DNA of 64,000 nt, from contig NC_073391.1 in NCBI RefSeq assembly GCF_028641065.1, positions 5,642,001 to 5,706,000 on the forward strand, given 5' to 3'. Both the position numbers and the translations under genes were made by a program. The notes under the pieces are model-generated. The model saw only the letters and a list, made by a program, of their open reading frames with translations, did not search any database and was not told the DNA's origin. Origin of the DNA: Leucoraja erinacea. Taxonomy: Eukaryota. Below are positions 61,561 through 64,000 of this stretch, in pieces. Within the stretch, counting starts at the first letter, position 1. Every line of letters begins with the position of its first letter.

Positions 61561-62375
61561 ATTCCTTCTCTCCAGAAATACTGCCTATCCCACTGAGTTA
61601 CTCCAGCATTTTGTGTCTAAGGTCATAATATTGAGTCGCTGCTAGCGAAACACGTTGAACTGAATTGTGAAATGACTCAATGGCCATTTCTGGTTGTCCA
61701 TCTTTCCCAGGTGTTCTGCGATCTTTGCTCCTGTGACTGAGGGGATGTATCAAATACAGTAGAAAGATGCGCATTTGTTGTGGATAAGTATAAGCCCGAG
61801 GCATAGGCAAAATTAAGCTGAGTGCTATTGTCAATTAGATGGGAATAGATGATGGATAGACAGAAATTATTGGGTGTACCTGCAAGCCAAAATGGAGGGA
61901 TGAGAGAGCTGCCGGGCTGGATTTAAGAGTATCAATTTGTGTGTTGGGATTAGAGGTCAAATTAGAGGTAAAACCCAGTATGAACCTGAGATGACCACAC
62001 CTACCTTAAATCCGATCTCAGGACAAGAATTTTAAATTTATTTTTGCTTCCCAAACTGTTTAAGCGTGTCAGGCTAGAGTTGAATAGCCAAGCTCAAAAT
62101 AAAGTGCTGCATCTGGTGCATTAATTTATAATGAGCCAGCCTGGCACACTTTGACTGGAACTGCCAGTTTAAATGGATCCCATTAAAGTGAGCTTGTGTT
62201 TCACCTCAGGTTTGAGGTCGATTGTGTTGATTGTGCCATTTCTGCTGTGTTGAGTCCATTAAAGTTCTCTCAGTATTGAATCAACAAAGTAGACCGCTGG
62301 GCTCCTATTGCAAATATCGTAGGAAACCTCCTGCCACATCTTAATTATTTTACTGTGGATTGTTTAATGTTTAAA

Positions 62376-64000
62376 GAGCACCAGAAGATAACTAAAAAGA
62401 CAACACAGGGAGAAAAGATGAGGTACAAAGGTAAGCTAGCCTAGAATATAAAGGAGGATAGTAAAAGCTTGTTTAGGTATGTGAAGAGGAAAAAAAGTAG
62501 TTAAGACCAAACTTGGACCCTTGAAGACCGAAAAAGGTGAATTTATTATGGGGAACAAGGAAATGGCAGATGATTTAAACAGGTACTTTGGATCTGTCTT
62601 CACTAAGGAGGACACAAACAATCTCCCTGACATAGTAGTAGTCAGAGGATCTGGGGTGACAGAGGAACTGAAGGAAATCCACATTAGGCAGGAAATGGTG
62701 TTGGATAGACTGATGGGACTCATGGCTGATAAATCCCCAGGGCCTGATGGTCTGCATCCCAGGGTACTTTAGGAAGAAGCTCTAGAAATCGTGGCTGCAT
62801 TGGTGATAATTTTCCAATGTTCTATTGACTCAGGATCAGATCCTGTGGATTGGAGGGTTGCTAATGTTATTCCACTTTTTAAGAAAGGCAGGAGAGAGAA
62901 AACAGGGAATTATAGACCAGTTAGCCTGACATCGGTGGTGGGGAAGATGCTGGAGTCAATTATAAAAGATGAAATAGCCGCACATTTGGATAGCAGTAAC
63001 AGGATCGGTCCGAGTCAGCATGGATTTACGAAGGGGAAATCATGCTTGACTAATCTTCTGGAATTTTTTGAAGATATAACTAGGAAAATGGACAAGGGAG
63101 AGCCAGTGGATGTAGTGTACCTGGACATTCAGAAAGCATTTGATAAGGTCCCACATAGGAGATTAGTGGGCAAAATTAGGGCACATGGTATTGGGGGTAG
63201 AGTACTGACATGGATAGAAAATTGGTTGGAAGACAAGAAACAAAGAGTATGGATTAATGGGTCCATTTCAGAATGGCAGGCAGTGACTAGTGGGGTACCA
63301 CAAGGCTCGGTGCTGGGACCGTAGCTATTTACAATGTACATCAATGATTTGGATGAAGGGATTCAAAGTAACATTAGCAAATTTGCAGATGACACAGAGC
63401 TGGGTGGAAGTGTGAACTGTGAGGAGGATGCTATGAGAATGCAGGGTGACCTGAACAGGTTGGGGGAGTGGGCAGATGCATGGCAGATGAATTTTAATGT
63501 GGGTAAATGTGAGGTTATCCACTTTGGTAGTAAAAACAGGAAGGCAGGTTACTATCTAAATGGCGTCAAGTTGGAAAAGGGGAAGTACAACGGGATCTGG
63601 GGGTCCTTGTTCATCAGTCTATGAAAGTAAGCATACAGGTACAGCAGGCAGTGAAGAAAGCGAACTGCATGTTGGCCTTTATAATAAGAGGAGTCAAATA
63701 TAGGAGCAAAGAGGTCCTTCTGCAGTTGCACAGATCCCTAGTGAGACCACACCTGGAGTACTGTGTGCACTTATGGTCCCTAATTTGAGGAAGGACATTC
63801 TTGCTATTCAGGGAGTGCAGCACAGGTTTACAAGGTTAATTCCCGGGATGGCGGGACTGCTGTCATATGCTGAGAGAATGGAGCAGCTGGGCTTGTACAC
63901 TCTGGAGTTTAGAAGGATGAGAGGCGATCTCATTGAAACATATAAGATTGTTAAAGGCTTGGACATGCTAGAGGCAGGAAACATGTTCCCGATGTTTGGG
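62376..64000 (+). pseudogene. CR1 ORF2 reverse-transcriptase pseudogene, running off the window end
   Basis: KSPGPDGLHPRVL, NYRPVSLTS, QHGF..SCLTNL, GVPQGSVLGP, FADD; in-frame stops. Confidence 0.95.

Larger units (their letters stand above)
60878..61619 (+). mobile_element. PLE 3' end with GIY-YIG remnant, interrupted by a MITE
   Basis: ORF 60878-61069 DLPVAGHFNSPSH..KLEEQHLIICLGSLEPSGMNIDFS. Confidence 0.85.

Overview
Repeat-dense eukaryotic DNA, most likely intronic or intergenic. The repeat landscape (HE1-type V-SINEs, CR1/HER1, Rex1/Babar and L2 LINEs, abundant Penelope-like elements) points to a cartilaginous fish, probably a skate or ray (inference). No host protein-coding gene could be confidently identified. 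Recognisable ORFs are transposon remnants: CR1 RT, Tc1 transposase, Rex1 APE/RT and Penelope GIY-YIG. Main observations: (1) more than 20 Penelope-type terminal repeats carry a minimal hammerhead-ribozyme motif, and several form small hairpin-shaped insertions with 15-18 bp target-site duplications; (2) a set of GC-rich non-coding retroposons shares a covarying Rex1-type 3' stem-loop; (3) a DIRS-like element has a fold-back duplication of flanking DNA; (4) two non-autonomous Helitrons have covarying 3' hairpins; (5) Harbinger MITEs, a hAT element, a near full-length teleost-like Tc1, a solo LTR and a rearranged PPT+LTR capture inside a SINE are present. There is one assembly gap (5740-5988). 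Family names come from motif recognition, not database searches, and boundaries of old repeats are approximate.
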